Program-made: the position numbers and the translations under genes
NCBI GenBank assembly: GCA_965221905.1
Contig: OZ244922.1
Span: 3,424,001-3,488,000 of the forward strand
Origin: Chloroflexota bacterium
GTDB taxonomy: Bacteria > Chloroflexota > UBA11872 > VXOZ01
DNA: 64,000 nucleotides
Reading direction: 5' to 3'
Notes under the pieces: model-generated
The model's input: the letters and a program-made list of their open reading frames with translations, nothing else
Databases searched by the model: none
Told to the model about the DNA's origin: nothing
Part shown: in pieces, positions 40,154 through 50,854 of the stretch
Position numbering within the stretch: position 1 is the first letter of the stretch
Layout of the letters: every line of letters begins with the position of its first letter

Positions 40154-41566
40154 CTACTGAGCGAGTGCCTCGTCAATCAGCGCCTGCATCGGCTGTTTCA
40201 TGCCGCGCAGGGCCTCTTGCACCGTAACGTTGCCCTCGAAGAGGTCCGCGAAGATCGGATTGATGAGCTGGTCGCGGATCTGATTATAGGCGGCAGAGCG
40301 GAAGGAACGTCCCGCCGGTACCGCGTACTGCAGCGCGTCGCGGTAGACCTCCAAGCGCACTTCTGCCTGGAAGTCCGCATCGCCGTAGATATTCTGGGCC
40401 CATTCATCGAAGAAATCGACACGGTGGAAGCCGGTACCGCGCGAGATCGCCCAGTTGATAGTTTGGCTGCCCCACTTGATGAGTTCCCAGCCGGCGTCGG
40501 GCTGCTTGGAGCCGATCACGATGCCGTTGCCGTCCAGGTTCAAGTGCGAGACCGGTTGCGCGCTGGTGCCGCGCACAACGGGGCTAAACACGAACGGCGC
40601 GCCGCGCTGGATGGCCTCCAGCACATTGAAGAAGCCGCCGGGCGCGCTGCGGAGCATGGCGCCTCTTTCCTCGACGAACGCCGTCCTGGTATTAGTGCCA
40701 AAGAGATCGTTCACCTGCCCCGGCTTATCTACAGAACGGTCTTGGATCGCCATGGTGAAGAAGCGCTCGTACGCATCCACCAATGCGGGATCGTCCGAGA
40801 CCACGGTACGGTTGTCATCGGCGATCCATTCCGTATCGAAAAGGTTCGGCCAGTCGATGAAGAGGAAGACCGGACTCGCGCCCAGCAAGCCGAACTGGAC
40901 CGTTTGACCACCCTCTTCCTTGGTCAGCCTCTTCATTTCAGTGGTGAAGCGGTCGAAGGTCCAATCGGGGTCCTGCCAATCGGTGGGCGGCAGGTTCAGA
41001 CCGGCTTCTTCGTACATGCGCTTATTGGTAGGAGCCACGGGCCAGTCGCCGCCGGACTGGTTAGGCAGCGCAAAGAGCTTGCCGTCGCGCCGGAACCAGG
41101 CGTCCATCGCCGCTTCCGGGAAGGGGCTGAGGTCGATCTGGTCCTTGGCTACCCGGTCGTCAATAGCCTCCACCGCGCCGAGCGCCGTGAGCGCCGGGTC
41201 GGTGAGCCATGCAACGTCAGGCGCTTGGCCGCCGGCTACCAACGTCTGCAAAAACTCGCGGCGGTCGCCGGTCCAGATGATCCATTTGAGCGTGATGCCG
41301 GGGTTATCGTTCTCAAACGGCTCCTTGACCAGCCCGTCAACGTTATCCAGTTGGCGGCTGTTGTGGTGGGTAAGCCATGACACCTCTACGGGCTCCGCCA
41401 TTGCGGGCTTTTCAGCCTCTTCTTGGGCCATCTCCTCTTTGGCCATCTCCCCGCCAGACTCCATAGTCGTCGCCTGGCCGCACGCCGCGAGTATGACACC
41501 TCCGACGGAAACGGCGCCTATTCCTCCCAACAATTGACGTCGCGTAACGCTCTCTCGTAAGTCCAT
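40154..41566 (-). CDS. Tat-exported solute-binding lipoprotein, close paralog of 38673-40085
   Basis: TRRQLL, LAAC; long identical stretches with its neighbour. Confidence 0.85.
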   Translation of the reverse strand: MDLRESVTRRQLLGGIGAVSVGGVILAACGQATTMESGGEMAKEEMAQEEAEKPAMAEPVEVSWLTHHNSRQLDNVDGLVKEPFENDNPGITLKWIIWTGDRREFLQTLVAGGQAPDVAWLTDPALTALGAVEAIDDRVAKDQIDLSPFPEAAMDAWFRRDGKLFALPNQSGGDWPVAPTNKRMYEEAGLNLPPTDWQDPDWTFDRFTTEMKRLTKEEGGQTVQFGLLGASPVFLFIDWPNLFDTEWIADDNRTVVSDDPALVDAYERFFTMAIQDRSVDKPGQVNDLFGTNTRTAFVEERGAMLRSAPGGFFNVLEAIQRGAPFVFSPVVRGTSAQPVSHLNLDGNGIVIGSKQPDAGWELIKWGSQTINWAISRGTGFHRVDFFDEWAQNIYGDADFQAEVRLEVYRDALQYAVPAGRSFRSAAYNQIRDQLINPIFADLFEGNVTVQEALRGMKQPMQALIDEALAQ

Positions 41567-41830
41567 TGTGATTCCTTCCTGTTCGGAGTACGTGAGAAAA
41601 GACACAGGCTCCTTGCCTCGTTCATTCGGACAGTTTGCGTCCTCCTTTCAATAGGCAATTTAGTTACTGGCTTAAATCTATGCAAGTCAATGATAATCTG
41701 TCAAGCTCCCTGAAGTCCGGACGCACAGATAATTCCGCTCCCGTGTGCGAAAAGACTCCTGCGGCTACAATATGCGTGTATGAACGTTCGAGAATTTCAG
41801 CAATACACAGTGTAGTAAGGAGCATGCCCG

Positions 41831-42709
41831 GTGAATGAGCGTTCCGCCCAACTACGGGCGCTGTTAGAAAGACCCGGAATCGTCGTCCTGCCCGGCGCGT
41901 ATGATTGCCTGAGCGCGCGCCTCGCGGAGCAAGCGGGTTTCGAGACCGTCTTCACAACCGGTTTCGGCTTCGCGGCCAGCGCCCTTGGCGTACCGGACCT
42001 CGGCCTGATGACTGCCAGCGAAATCTTGGACCGCGTGCACAACATCGTGCAGAGTGTGCAAGTGCCCCTTGTCGCAGACATGGATACCGGCTACGGCAAC
42101 CCGCTCAACGTGATCCGCACCGTCAGCGAATGCGTGGGGCTGGGTGTAGCCGGGATCATTCTGGAAGACCAGGAATGGCCCAAGAAGTGCGGGCACTTGG
42201 AAGGCAAGCGCGTGATTCCCATGGAAGACCATGTGCAGAAGTTGCGTGCCGCCGTGGATGCTCGGGGTGATTCCGGTCTGGTGATCATCGCCCGCACCGA
42301 TGCGCGCGCGGTGCTGGGTATGGACGATGCCCTTGAACGCGGCCGGGCGTATTACGAGGCTGGCGCCGACGTGGTCTTTATCGAAGCGCCCCAGTCGCTC
42401 GACGAACTGCACGCCATCGCCAAAGCCTTCCCCACGGCGCCGCTTTTCGCAAACATGATCGAGGGCGGCAAGACACCCGTGCTCTCGCCCGATGCCCTCG
42501 CCGAGATTGGCTTCAAGATCGTGGTCTATCCGCTTTCGAGTCTCTTCTCCGCGGCGCGCGCCATGCAGCACGTGTACAAGGCGCTCAAAGAGCACGGCAC
42601 GACTGACACCATTACCGACATGGCCACCCTGGATGAGTTTACCCAATGCGTGAACGTAGACCAGTTTCGCGCCTGGGAGCAGCAGTACGCAACACCGGAA
42701 CGCAGTTGA
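41831..42709 (+). CDS. isocitrate lyase/PEP mutase family (methylisocitrate lyase-like)
   Basis: ADMDTGYG, EDQEWPKKCGH, IARTDA, ANMIEGGKTP. Confidence 0.9.
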   Translation: MNERSAQLRALLERPGIVVLPGAYDCLSARLAEQAGFETVFTTGFGFAASALGVPDLGLMTASEILDRVHNIVQSVQVPLVADMDTGYGNPLNVIRTVSECVGLGVAGIILEDQEWPKKCGHLEGKRVIPMEDHVQKLRAAVDARGDSGLVIIARTDARAVLGMDDALERGRAYYEAGADVVFIEAPQSLDELHAIAKAFPTAPLFANMIEGGKTPVLSPDALAEIGFKIVVYPLSSLFSAARAMQHVYKALKEHGTTDTITDMATLDEFTQCVNVDQFRAWEQQYATPERS

Positions 42710-43342
42710 CATCGGCTCCTCGCCGTTCACTCCGCGCCGATGCCCTGCTTGATTGCTAACGTCCATTTGAGATGACGGATGCGTGAGAGTCCGGTACGCC
42801 CGTCTGTGCGGAGAGGCAACGGCGCATCCTTTATCGCAGGGAACGAGTGAGGAATGACTATGCAGGCGCGAGTTGAAATCGGTCTGTACCGGTTTGCTAT
42901 CATGGAGAAACAGGCTGGAATGGGGCCTCCATACGGCAGCTACACGCCGTGCCGGTACCTATGGTAGACTCATACCTCAGAAAGTAGTGGCATCCTGCCG
43001 TTACGATCTCGGCTTAGTGCAGTTTTTCGCTGTGTTCTAACCTCGCACCGGTAGCGGCCCCCCAGTTTAGTAAGTCATTCTTCCCGGCGTCTAATTCGTT
43101 GCAGACAAGACTGGTCGCGCCAAACCGGCAATGAAACGCGGTACGTGTTGCCATGCTCTCGGCGAACGTCTATGAACGCAGTTCCTTTGCTGCCAGGCAG
43201 TCCGTTTTGCATTCGCACTCGCTGCATAGGCACATGATACGTGCGTGCAGCGTAATGAAGCGCGACTACGCTTCCGTAAACTAGGTGACACCGAACGGTT
43301 CACTCGGCAACCCATTTCAAAGTCCCCGCGAAACCATAGGCC

Positions 43343-43771
43343 ATGCGTATCCCGAACGACAAGACACCGGCGCGCGTAACGAAATACGTGCTCCTCGTTG
43401 CGGGTTTGGTAATAGCAGCCACACTTACCGGCATTCCGGCGCGGGTACTGAACAGTTATGAAGTCAATCAGCGGGTGCTGGTATTGGAGCAGCGTCTCGC
43501 CACGCGCCAAGCCGAGAATTACGCCCTCCAGCAAGAGCTCGCGCGCCGGGGCAGGGAGGCGTATATCCGCACCGTGGCGAAAGAGCGTCTCGGGTTGGTG
43601 GAACCTGGAGAAGAGCTGGTGCTGCTGCCACTCGATGGGGAACGCTCCCAGTCGAGATTGGAGAGAACCAGCGTCCCTCTCAAAGATCTGCAGGTAACCG
43701 ATACACCCTACGATGCGGAATGGGGATACTTTCTGGAATGGCTGACACTGCTCAAGAGCTCGTTCGTATGA
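43343..43771 (+). CDS. septum formation initiator (FtsB/DivIC family)
   Basis: TM plus coiled coil, YIRTVAKERLGLVEPGE. Confidence 0.8.
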   Translation: MRIPNDKTPARVTKYVLLVAGLVIAATLTGIPARVLNSYEVNQRVLVLEQRLATRQAENYALQQELARRGREAYIRTVAKERLGLVEPGEELVLLPLDGERSQSRLERTSVPLKDLQVTDTPYDAEWGYFLEWLTLLKSSFV

Positions 43772-44220
43772 ACGTACCAAACCGTAATGTGAACGTGCGC
43801 ATCAAGCGTATCGATCCCACTCTCCCACTGCCTCGCTATGCCACTGCCGGCGCCGTTGCTTTCGATCTGAGCGCCCGCACGAGCGTGACGATTGCGCCGC
43901 ACGAGACCGCGCGCGTGCCGTGCAATGTGGTGATCGAGGTTCCTCCCGGTTACGCACTCATTGTGGCGAGCCGCAGCAGCACGCCGGTGCGCAAAGGTCT
44001 GCTGAAAGCCAACGGCATCGGCATCATCGACCGGGACTACTGCGGCGACACGGACGAAATCCAAGCGCTCTTCTATAACGTAACCGGCGCGCCGGTAATC
44101 GTCGAGCGTGGTGAACGCATCGCTCAGGCGCTCCTCGTGCCGGCGCCGCGCATCAGGTGGGAGGAAGTAACGAGTCTTGAGGCCGACGATCGCGGCGGAT
44201 TCGGCAGCACCGGCGTCTGA
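43768..44220 (+). CDS. dut: dUTP diphosphatase
   Basis: AFDL, SRSS, GIIDRDYCG, GERIAQ, RGGFGSTG; ATGA overlap. Confidence 0.95.
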   Translation: MNVPNRNVNVRIKRIDPTLPLPRYATAGAVAFDLSARTSVTIAPHETARVPCNVVIEVPPGYALIVASRSSTPVRKGLLKANGIGIIDRDYCGDTDEIQALFYNVTGAPVIVERGERIAQALLVPAPRIRWEEVTSLEADDRGGFGSTGV

Positions 44221-44650
44221 CTATGCTTCCATGCAAACTTGAGCTAGCGGTCTGCCGACGAGCAGCGTGATCTGAATTGAGCTAAAGCGCTTTGCTCTTT
44301 GCCAATGTCCGTTCGTGGTGAACACTTCGGCAACCTCAGCGCAAACTCTGTCGAACCGAAATTAGAGGCGCAGTTAATGGAGACCACGCCAGTTCCGTTC
44401 AGCCTTCGACAGGCTCAGGCCGAATGGGTCTATTCCCTAGATGTTCCCTGAGTACCGTCACTGAGGTCTTTCCTCATCCCTGTGTGCCGACCTCGCGCGC
44501 TTTCGGTATACCGCATAGTGCAACGGCCCCGAATATGACCGCCTGCTACCAGCACCTCCCATTTCTAGACTGTTTTTGCTCACGCTGAAAAGTGGCTCAC
44601 CTGGGGTACCATGAAGGCATGGAAATCAACATCGCAATTCAGGGACAGCC

Positions 44651-46183
44651 GTGAACGCGATCGACAATTCAATTCAACCGCACGATTCACTGGTGGAGTC
44701 AATCGCTCAGACGATTGCAACCCATAACTTGCTGCCAGCGGGCAGCAGAGTCTTGGTAGCGGTATCCGGCGGGGCGGATTCCGTCGCCTTGATCGATGCC
44801 CTGCACCGGCTTGCGCCGCTGCACCGGTGGCAGCTCCACGTCGGTCACGTGAACCACCAACTGCGCGGCGCAGAATCCGAAGCAGACGCCGCGTTTGTCG
44901 CGCAACTCGCCGCAGGAGCGGGACTGCCCTGCTCCCTACGCACCGTAGATGTCGCGCGCGCACAGCAAGACAACGCCTCCCCGGAAAATACCGCCCGGCG
45001 GCTGCGCTACCGGTTGCTTGCCGGGATCGCCCACGAGGCGGGAGCGCGCTGCATCGCCCTTGCTCACCATCAGGACGACCAGGCCGAGACCGTGCTGCTC
45101 CATCTCCTGCGCGGCAGTGGACTCGGCGGGCTGACCGGCATGCGTTACGCGAGCCCGCTGCTGGTTGCGGATGATGCAGAGACGAGTCCGCGCCTCGCAG
45201 CAAGCACTGCAACCGTTTGCGGTGCGGCGTACAAGCAAGCAGACCAAACCATCACCTTGATACGTCCGCTCCTGAACGTCTCACGCGCCGATATTCGCGC
45301 CTATTGCGCCCGCCGCGGCCTGCAGTTTCGCGAAGACAGTACTAATGATACGACCGCCCCACAGCGGAACTGGCTGCGCCACAAGGTACTGCCGTTGCTG
45401 GAAACGCGGTACCCCGCGGCGGCGCGCACGCTGGCTCGCGCCGCGCACGTGCTCGAGGAGGACTATGCCTACCTAACCGAGTTGGCGGAAGACTGGTTGC
45501 GCCGGCACGCACGGCAGTGCACCGACGGGTTGCTCCTTTCCCATGCCGACTGGCGCACTCTGTCGGCTTCCTTACAAACAGCAGTGCTGCGCTGCGCCAT
45601 AGGCCGGGTAGCCGGACACATCCAAGGGCTGGAGCACGCACATATCGCGCAGGCGCGCGACATCCTGCGAGAGGGTCGCATCGGGGTTTCGCCTTCGCTG
45701 CCCGGCGGTCTGGTGTGCCGTGCTGAACAAGACGGTATCTGGATCGGCCGTAGGTCCCTGCAAAAGCCATTCGCGCCAATCGCGCTCTCCGTACCCGGCC
45801 GCACGGCCATCGCGCCGCTCGGATGCAGCATTTACGCCGCGCTGGTAGATTCGTGTGAGGAAGACTTCATTCGAGCATCAGCCGATGGAGACGCCTGGCT
45901 CGACTCCGCGCAGGTTCAAGGACCGCTCAGCGTGCGTACGCGCCTCCCGGGAGATCGTTTCATTCCATTGGGCATGACCGGCGCGAAGAAGCTCCAGGAT
46001 TTTCTGGTGGATGCCCGTGTGCCGGCGCGCTTGCGGGACCGCGTGCCGCTGGTAGTTTCGGAGAAAAAAACAATCGTGTGGGTCGCAGGCCACCGTATCG
46101 ACGCACGCTACCGCGTCACTGCTCAGACGCGGCAGGTGATTCACTTGCGCCTGGAAACATCCCCGGGGGAGGATTTGCCGTGA
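44651..46183 (+). CDS. tilS: tRNA(Ile)-lysidine synthetase
   Basis: AVSGGADS, HVNHQLRG, ARRLRY, AHHQDDQAET, RPLL, RNWLR. Confidence 0.95.
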   Translation: MNAIDNSIQPHDSLVESIAQTIATHNLLPAGSRVLVAVSGGADSVALIDALHRLAPLHRWQLHVGHVNHQLRGAESEADAAFVAQLAAGAGLPCSLRTVDVARAQQDNASPENTARRLRYRLLAGIAHEAGARCIALAHHQDDQAETVLLHLLRGSGLGGLTGMRYASPLLVADDAETSPRLAASTATVCGAAYKQADQTITLIRPLLNVSRADIRAYCARRGLQFREDSTNDTTAPQRNWLRHKVLPLLETRYPAAARTLARAAHVLEEDYAYLTELAEDWLRRHARQCTDGLLLSHADWRTLSASLQTAVLRCAIGRVAGHIQGLEHAHIAQARDILREGRIGVSPSLPGGLVCRAEQDGIWIGRRSLQKPFAPIALSVPGRTAIAPLGCSIYAALVDSCEEDFIRASADGDAWLDSAQVQGPLSVRTRLPGDRFIPLGMTGAKKLQDFLVDARVPARLRDRVPLVVSEKKTIVWVAGHRIDARYRVTAQTRQVIHLRLETSPGEDLP

Positions 46184-47211
46184 GCGGCGATTTCTCCCCC
46201 GAAGGCGTGGGGCCCGCTCAGCGGAGCGGCGACCGGGCGCAACCGTCAGCCAAGGCCTTGCCGGAGGAATCCACCCGCACCGGGTCAGCAGACGCGCCGC
46301 CCGTCGCAGCCGATCGGACGCTCTTCTCTATCGCCGGTGCGCTGCTGCGCTCCACTCGACCGCAACAGTGGGTCAAGAATGCCCTCGTCTTTGCGGGCGT
46401 GATCTTCTCCCAGCAGTTCACAGACCTGAACGCCGTGCAGTCCAGCGTGATTGCTTGCGTTCTTTTTGTGCTCGCCAGCGGCGGCATCTACCTGGTAAAC
46501 GACATGCTCGATGTTGACGCAGACCGCGCCCACCCGCTCAAACGAGAACGCCCGCTGGCGGCGGGTGAACTGCCGCTGTGGCTGGCGCTCATTGCCGCCG
46601 CCGTTCTGCTCGGCAGCGCCCTCGTCGGCGCGTTCTTCATGCAGCTTGCGCTCGGCGCAATCGTCGCGCTCTACGTGGGCGCGAATCTCGCCTATAGCGC
46701 GTGGCTGAAGCACGTGGTGCTGCTGGACGTGCTTTTGATAGCCTCCGGCTTCCTGCTGCGTGCCGCCGCTGGCGCCGTTGCCGTACTCACGCCGATTTCG
46801 CCCTGGCTCTACTTGTGCACGCTGCTGCTGGCGTTGCTAATCATCCTGGGTAAGCGCCGCAGCGAACTGGCACTGCTCGGTCCCGGGGCCGCTGCCCACC
46901 GTCGCAACCTGGCGCGCTACACCGCTCCGTCGCTCGACCGCTGGCTCCTGTTGGCAGCCGCAACCACCGTTGCCGCCTACGTGCTCTATACGCTCTTTTC
47001 GCCCGCTACGTACGGCAGCCCGATTCTTATCGTCACCGTGCCGTTCGTTGTTCTCGGCCTGGTGCGGTATTTGCGCGCCACACGTACGCCCTCTGGCGCG
47101 GAGAGCCCCGAAGCGCTGCTCTTCCGCGACCCGTGGCTGTTCGCCAGCGTAGCGCTCTGGGGCCTAACTGTGCTGGTGTTGCTGTATGTGGTGGATGTTC
47201 TTCCAACGTAG
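46180..47211 (+). CDS. UbiA family decaprenyl-phosphate phosphoribosyltransferase-like protein
   Basis: RPQQWVKN, YLVNDMLDVDADRAHPLKRERPLAAG, KRRSEL; GTGA overlap with tilS. Confidence 0.88.
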   Translation: MSGDFSPEGVGPAQRSGDRAQPSAKALPEESTRTGSADAPPVAADRTLFSIAGALLRSTRPQQWVKNALVFAGVIFSQQFTDLNAVQSSVIACVLFVLASGGIYLVNDMLDVDADRAHPLKRERPLAAGELPLWLALIAAAVLLGSALVGAFFMQLALGAIVALYVGANLAYSAWLKHVVLLDVLLIASGFLLRAAAGAVAVLTPISPWLYLCTLLLALLIILGKRRSELALLGPGAAAHRRNLARYTAPSLDRWLLLAAATTVAAYVLYTLFSPATYGSPILIVTVPFVVLGLVRYLRATRTPSGAESPEALLFRDPWLFASVALWGLTVLVLLYVVDVLPT

Positions 47212-47758
47212 CTGCCAAACGCGAAAACGGATTCTGTGATATTGAAAACGAACAACTCACGGAAAACCCGAATTCTTCGGCGCGTGGGAATCCAGTCGGC
47301 TTGATCTAGTTACCGGAGGCTACGACGCCTTCCTGGCCGTGCAAAGCCTTTCCCGTACCTGATTCGAGGCAGGATTTCAGCCGACTAAGCCGACGGACCC
47401 GTGCATAGCCAATTCCGTAACGCGTACGGGGCAGGAATCCAACCGAGTCGACCGACGTACCGGAGCCTGCAACTCCGTCACTCCCGTGAAAACGGGAATC
47501 CATCTTCGATGCCACAGCGCGAACGACCAGCCATTAGAAAGAACGTAGACCAGCCAAAAGAATAAACGTAGCGCGGGGGCTTGTCCCCCGCTCCTATTCA
47601 GATGATCGCCTGCGTGCCGTTCGCCCTGAGCCTGTCGAAGGGCGAACGGCTGAGGAAACAAATTTCTATTGTCACATCTTCTTGCGCAATCACCTAGGGG
47701 CGTTTGCCTCGCAAAATCGACCCAACAGCCACATGCCATCGGAAAGGGATTCCAAACC

Positions 47759-48151
47759 ATGCTCGCCAACGCCCGCACACCCGCCGCGATCCTGGAGCAC
47801 CAGACCGCCGCCTGGAACGCTGCGGACTTTGACGCCATTCTGCAAGACTTCGCGCCGGATGCCGTCCTCACCAGCGCTTCCGGCCAGACGCTCAGCGGCA
47901 TACCCGCCATTCGCCAATCGCTCACATCGTTCTTCACTGCCTTTGCAGAGATCCGCCTTACGCTGCGCTCGCTCGTGGCGCAGGACGACACAGCAGCCTG
48001 CGAGTGGGAGTTTTCCTGCCGCCACCGCCTCACCGGCAACACCGCCCGCCTCCCCGCCACCGTCTTCATCACCTGCAAGAATGGCACAATCACCCACTGG
48101 CGCGAATACTACGACACCGCCCAATTCAAAGCGCAATTAAGTCAGCACTAG
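47759..48151 (+). CDS. SnoaL/NTF2-like protein
   Basis: AWNAADFDAI..FAPDAV..NGTITHWREYYD. Confidence 0.85.
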   Translation: MLANARTPAAILEHQTAAWNAADFDAILQDFAPDAVLTSASGQTLSGIPAIRQSLTSFFTAFAEIRLTLRSLVAQDDTAACEWEFSCRHRLTGNTARLPATVFITCKNGTITHWREYYDTAQFKAQLSQH

Positions 48152-48355
48152 GGATGCAAACATAGTGACTTCATACTTGGCTTGAGTACATACCTGAGTT
48201 TATGTTTGCGTCCGAGAACTGTCACATGGAGCCATCGGAGTTCAACGTATAGGTATGGGCGGCAAAAGACACTCAGATTGAATGCAGCCAAGCCATGGTA
48301 TCCTGAATAGAAGCTGACGCCAGCACGCCGAATCCTCTCTTATCGAGGTAAGTCC

Positions 48356-50371
48356 ATGCAGCGAAATTCCAAGAAATACACCATGCGAATTTCCCGGCTG
48401 ACCATCGACAAGTTGGGCATTCAGATGTACGACAGGGTCTCCGCCGTCTTAGCAGAGCTGATTGCCAACGCCTATGACGCTGATGCCGAGCACGTCAAGA
48501 TCACACTCCCCTTCGGCACATACCTGGCACTAAAGAAAGAGGGACAGATCGAAGACCAAGGATTTGAGATTGTTATCGAGGATGACGGTAGTGGAATGAC
48601 GTTGGAAGAGGTGAATGCCTACTACCTAAACGTTGGTTACAACCGAAGAGTTGGACGCAGAGATCGAACGCCAAAGCATGACCGCCGGGTCATGGGAAGA
48701 AAAGGGATCGGAAAGCTGGCGCCTTTCGGTATATGTCACGAAGTCGAGGTCGTGACTGCTGGAGGCGAGCAGACGAATAGTGGATATCAAGTGTCCAACC
48801 TAATACTCAACTTTAATGCCATCCTGGCGGAGGAAAAGGACGATTCTGGGAATGTCGTACCTTATTATCCGGACGAGGGCCCTAAAGATGGAAGCTTTGC
48901 AGACTCCACCGGAACAACACTCATCCTGAGAAAGTTTGACCGTCGGCGTGTTCCCACCGGGGAGCAATTGGACCGCCAGCTTGCGGCTCGGTTCGGGCTT
49001 AGTCAGGAAAACTGGAGTGTCCAACTTACGGACAACTTTGGGAAGAATAAGCAAGTTGAGCTCGGAACACTGAACGTAGACATTATGGAAGGCACTCGCA
49101 TAGATGTCTGTAACAGGCCCGTGAATGTGGAAGGTCGATTTTACCCTGTTTCCGGGTGGGTTGCATATGCAAAGGACCCCTACAAGGACGAAGTGATGGC
49201 CGGAGTACGAATTTACGCCAGAGGGAAAATTGTAGCTCAAACCAGGGACTTTGACATTGAGGCGGGCTTCACTGGCGAATTCAAAATGAGAAGCTATCTG
49301 ACGGGTGCCATCTACGCGGAGTGGCTCGATGATACTGAAGATCTCGTGCAGACTGACAGACAAGACATAATTTGGAACTCCGACGCGGGAACCGCGCTTC
49401 GGGAATGGGGCCAAGACCTGTTACGGGAACTCGCTAAAACTTCCGAGGTGAGTGCAGGCCAGCGGGTCTGGGACATTTTTCAGGAGAAGTCGCTGCTCCG
49501 AGAACGACTGGAAAGAGCCTTGCCGAAAGACACTGCCGTCCGCGACTCAGTTATGAGAGCGGCGAAATCACTTGTCACTCGAGCAGACAGGGGTGCTCTG
49601 GAAGATCCACGCTACATTGAACGCATGGTTCGCCTGGCATATGCGATTGGACCTCATACTACGTTGCTCACTGCACTAGATCAGGTTGCATCTTCGCCCA
49701 GCACCACTATCGATATAGTTCTTGACCTTTTTGAGAAGTCTAGGCTTGTCGAGATGTACTCTCTGGGGCAAGTTGCTCAAGAGCGAGTAGGTGCCATAGA
49801 GCAGCTCCAAAGGCTTGTGAAGGCCCCCTCGACAGTGGAAAGACAGTTGCAGAAGCTTATCGAAGACGCGCCATGGATACTCTATCCTGACTGGACACCG
49901 CTAAGCTTTAACCAGTCGCTGGCATCAACTCGATCGAATTTCCAGAATTGGTACCATGCAAAGAACAGAGTGGAGATTGTCACTTCAACTATTGGTAATC
50001 TTAAGAAAATACCAGACTTCGTTATGCTCAACCACGAAGGCCGGTTAGAGATTATCGAGATCAAGCGTCCCCAGCACCATCTAACAGACACGGAATTCAA
50101 TAGGGCGTTCGGCTACTTAACGGCGGTCAGGGACTTTATCGAGGATACACCCTCAGTCAAAGAATCATTCCCCGGAGCCAGACTGACTATTGTGTGTGAC
50201 CACCTGAATTTAGGCGCATTGGGGCTGAACACTATTCGAACGGATTCTGAAGTAACTTACAAGACGTGGCACGAAGTCCTTCAAGCAACCAATCGAAGCC
50301 ACGAAGATTTCCTCAAAGTGGTTCGGGAAATGCAAGGAGAACTGCCAGAATTGCCTGTCGAGGAAGAGTAG
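48356..50371 (+). CDS. GHKL (MORC/Hsp90-like) ATPase with C-terminal PD-(D/E)xK nuclease
   Basis: ELIANAYDADA, DDGSGM, GRKGIGK; IPDFVML..IIEIKRP. Confidence 0.8.
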   Translation: MQRNSKKYTMRISRLTIDKLGIQMYDRVSAVLAELIANAYDADAEHVKITLPFGTYLALKKEGQIEDQGFEIVIEDDGSGMTLEEVNAYYLNVGYNRRVGRRDRTPKHDRRVMGRKGIGKLAPFGICHEVEVVTAGGEQTNSGYQVSNLILNFNAILAEEKDDSGNVVPYYPDEGPKDGSFADSTGTTLILRKFDRRRVPTGEQLDRQLAARFGLSQENWSVQLTDNFGKNKQVELGTLNVDIMEGTRIDVCNRPVNVEGRFYPVSGWVAYAKDPYKDEVMAGVRIYARGKIVAQTRDFDIEAGFTGEFKMRSYLTGAIYAEWLDDTEDLVQTDRQDIIWNSDAGTALREWGQDLLRELAKTSEVSAGQRVWDIFQEKSLLRERLERALPKDTAVRDSVMRAAKSLVTRADRGALEDPRYIERMVRLAYAIGPHTTLLTALDQVASSPSTTIDIVLDLFEKSRLVEMYSLGQVAQERVGAIEQLQRLVKAPSTVERQLQKLIEDAPWILYPDWTPLSFNQSLASTRSNFQNWYHAKNRVEIVTSTIGNLKKIPDFVMLNHEGRLEIIEIKRPQHHLTDTEFNRAFGYLTAVRDFIEDTPSVKESFPGARLTIVCDHLNLGALGLNTIRTDSEVTYKTWHEVLQATNRSHEDFLKVVREMQGELPELPVEEE

Positions 50372-50374
50372 AGC

Positions 50375-50854
50375 TTGCGCACAGACGTGATGACACCCAT
50401 TCAGCGGTACCGCGCCATGGCGCACAATCGGGGAAGAACGCAGCCCGAGCGTACCTTGGCGTCGGCTTTGTGGCGTCGCGGACTCCGATACCTGACGCAT
50501 GAAGGTTACAAGTCCCTTACAGGCACACGTCTTCAGGGAAACCCCGACTTGATATTCTCTCGCAGGAAACTGGTGATCTTCGTTGACGGGTGCTTCTGGC
50601 ACGGCTGTCAGATGTGCCGCAAACACTCGGGGCTGAGAGGCGACTTTTGGGTGGAAAAAATCAACGCTACCCAAGAACGAGACCGGCGTGTTACCACGGC
50701 ACTTGAAAAAGAGGGGTGGACAGTTCTCCGCGTTCCTGAACACGACGTACGCACTAAGGCCCCGCTAGCACGAACAATCGACAGCCTAGTACCGCGAATT
50801 CGTGCAGCGTCCACAAGTGTTGCTGCTTTCACGGGTGGAGAAGGAAGTGTCTAA
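50375..50854 (+). CDS. vsr: very short patch repair endonuclease
   Basis: TQPE, GNPDL, FVDGCFWHGC, FWVEKI..ERD. Confidence 0.92.
   Translation: MRTDVMTPIQRYRAMAHNRGRTQPERTLASALWRRGLRYLTHEGYKSLTGTRLQGNPDLIFSRRKLVIFVDGCFWHGCQMCRKHSGLRGDFWVEKINATQERDRRVTTALEKEGWTVLRVPEHDVRTKAPLARTIDSLVPRIRAASTSVAAFTGGEGSV

Noticed and set aside
38673-41566. Diversity-generating retroelement repeats
   Set aside because: Whole-gene duplication, differences not adenine-specific, no reverse transcriptase
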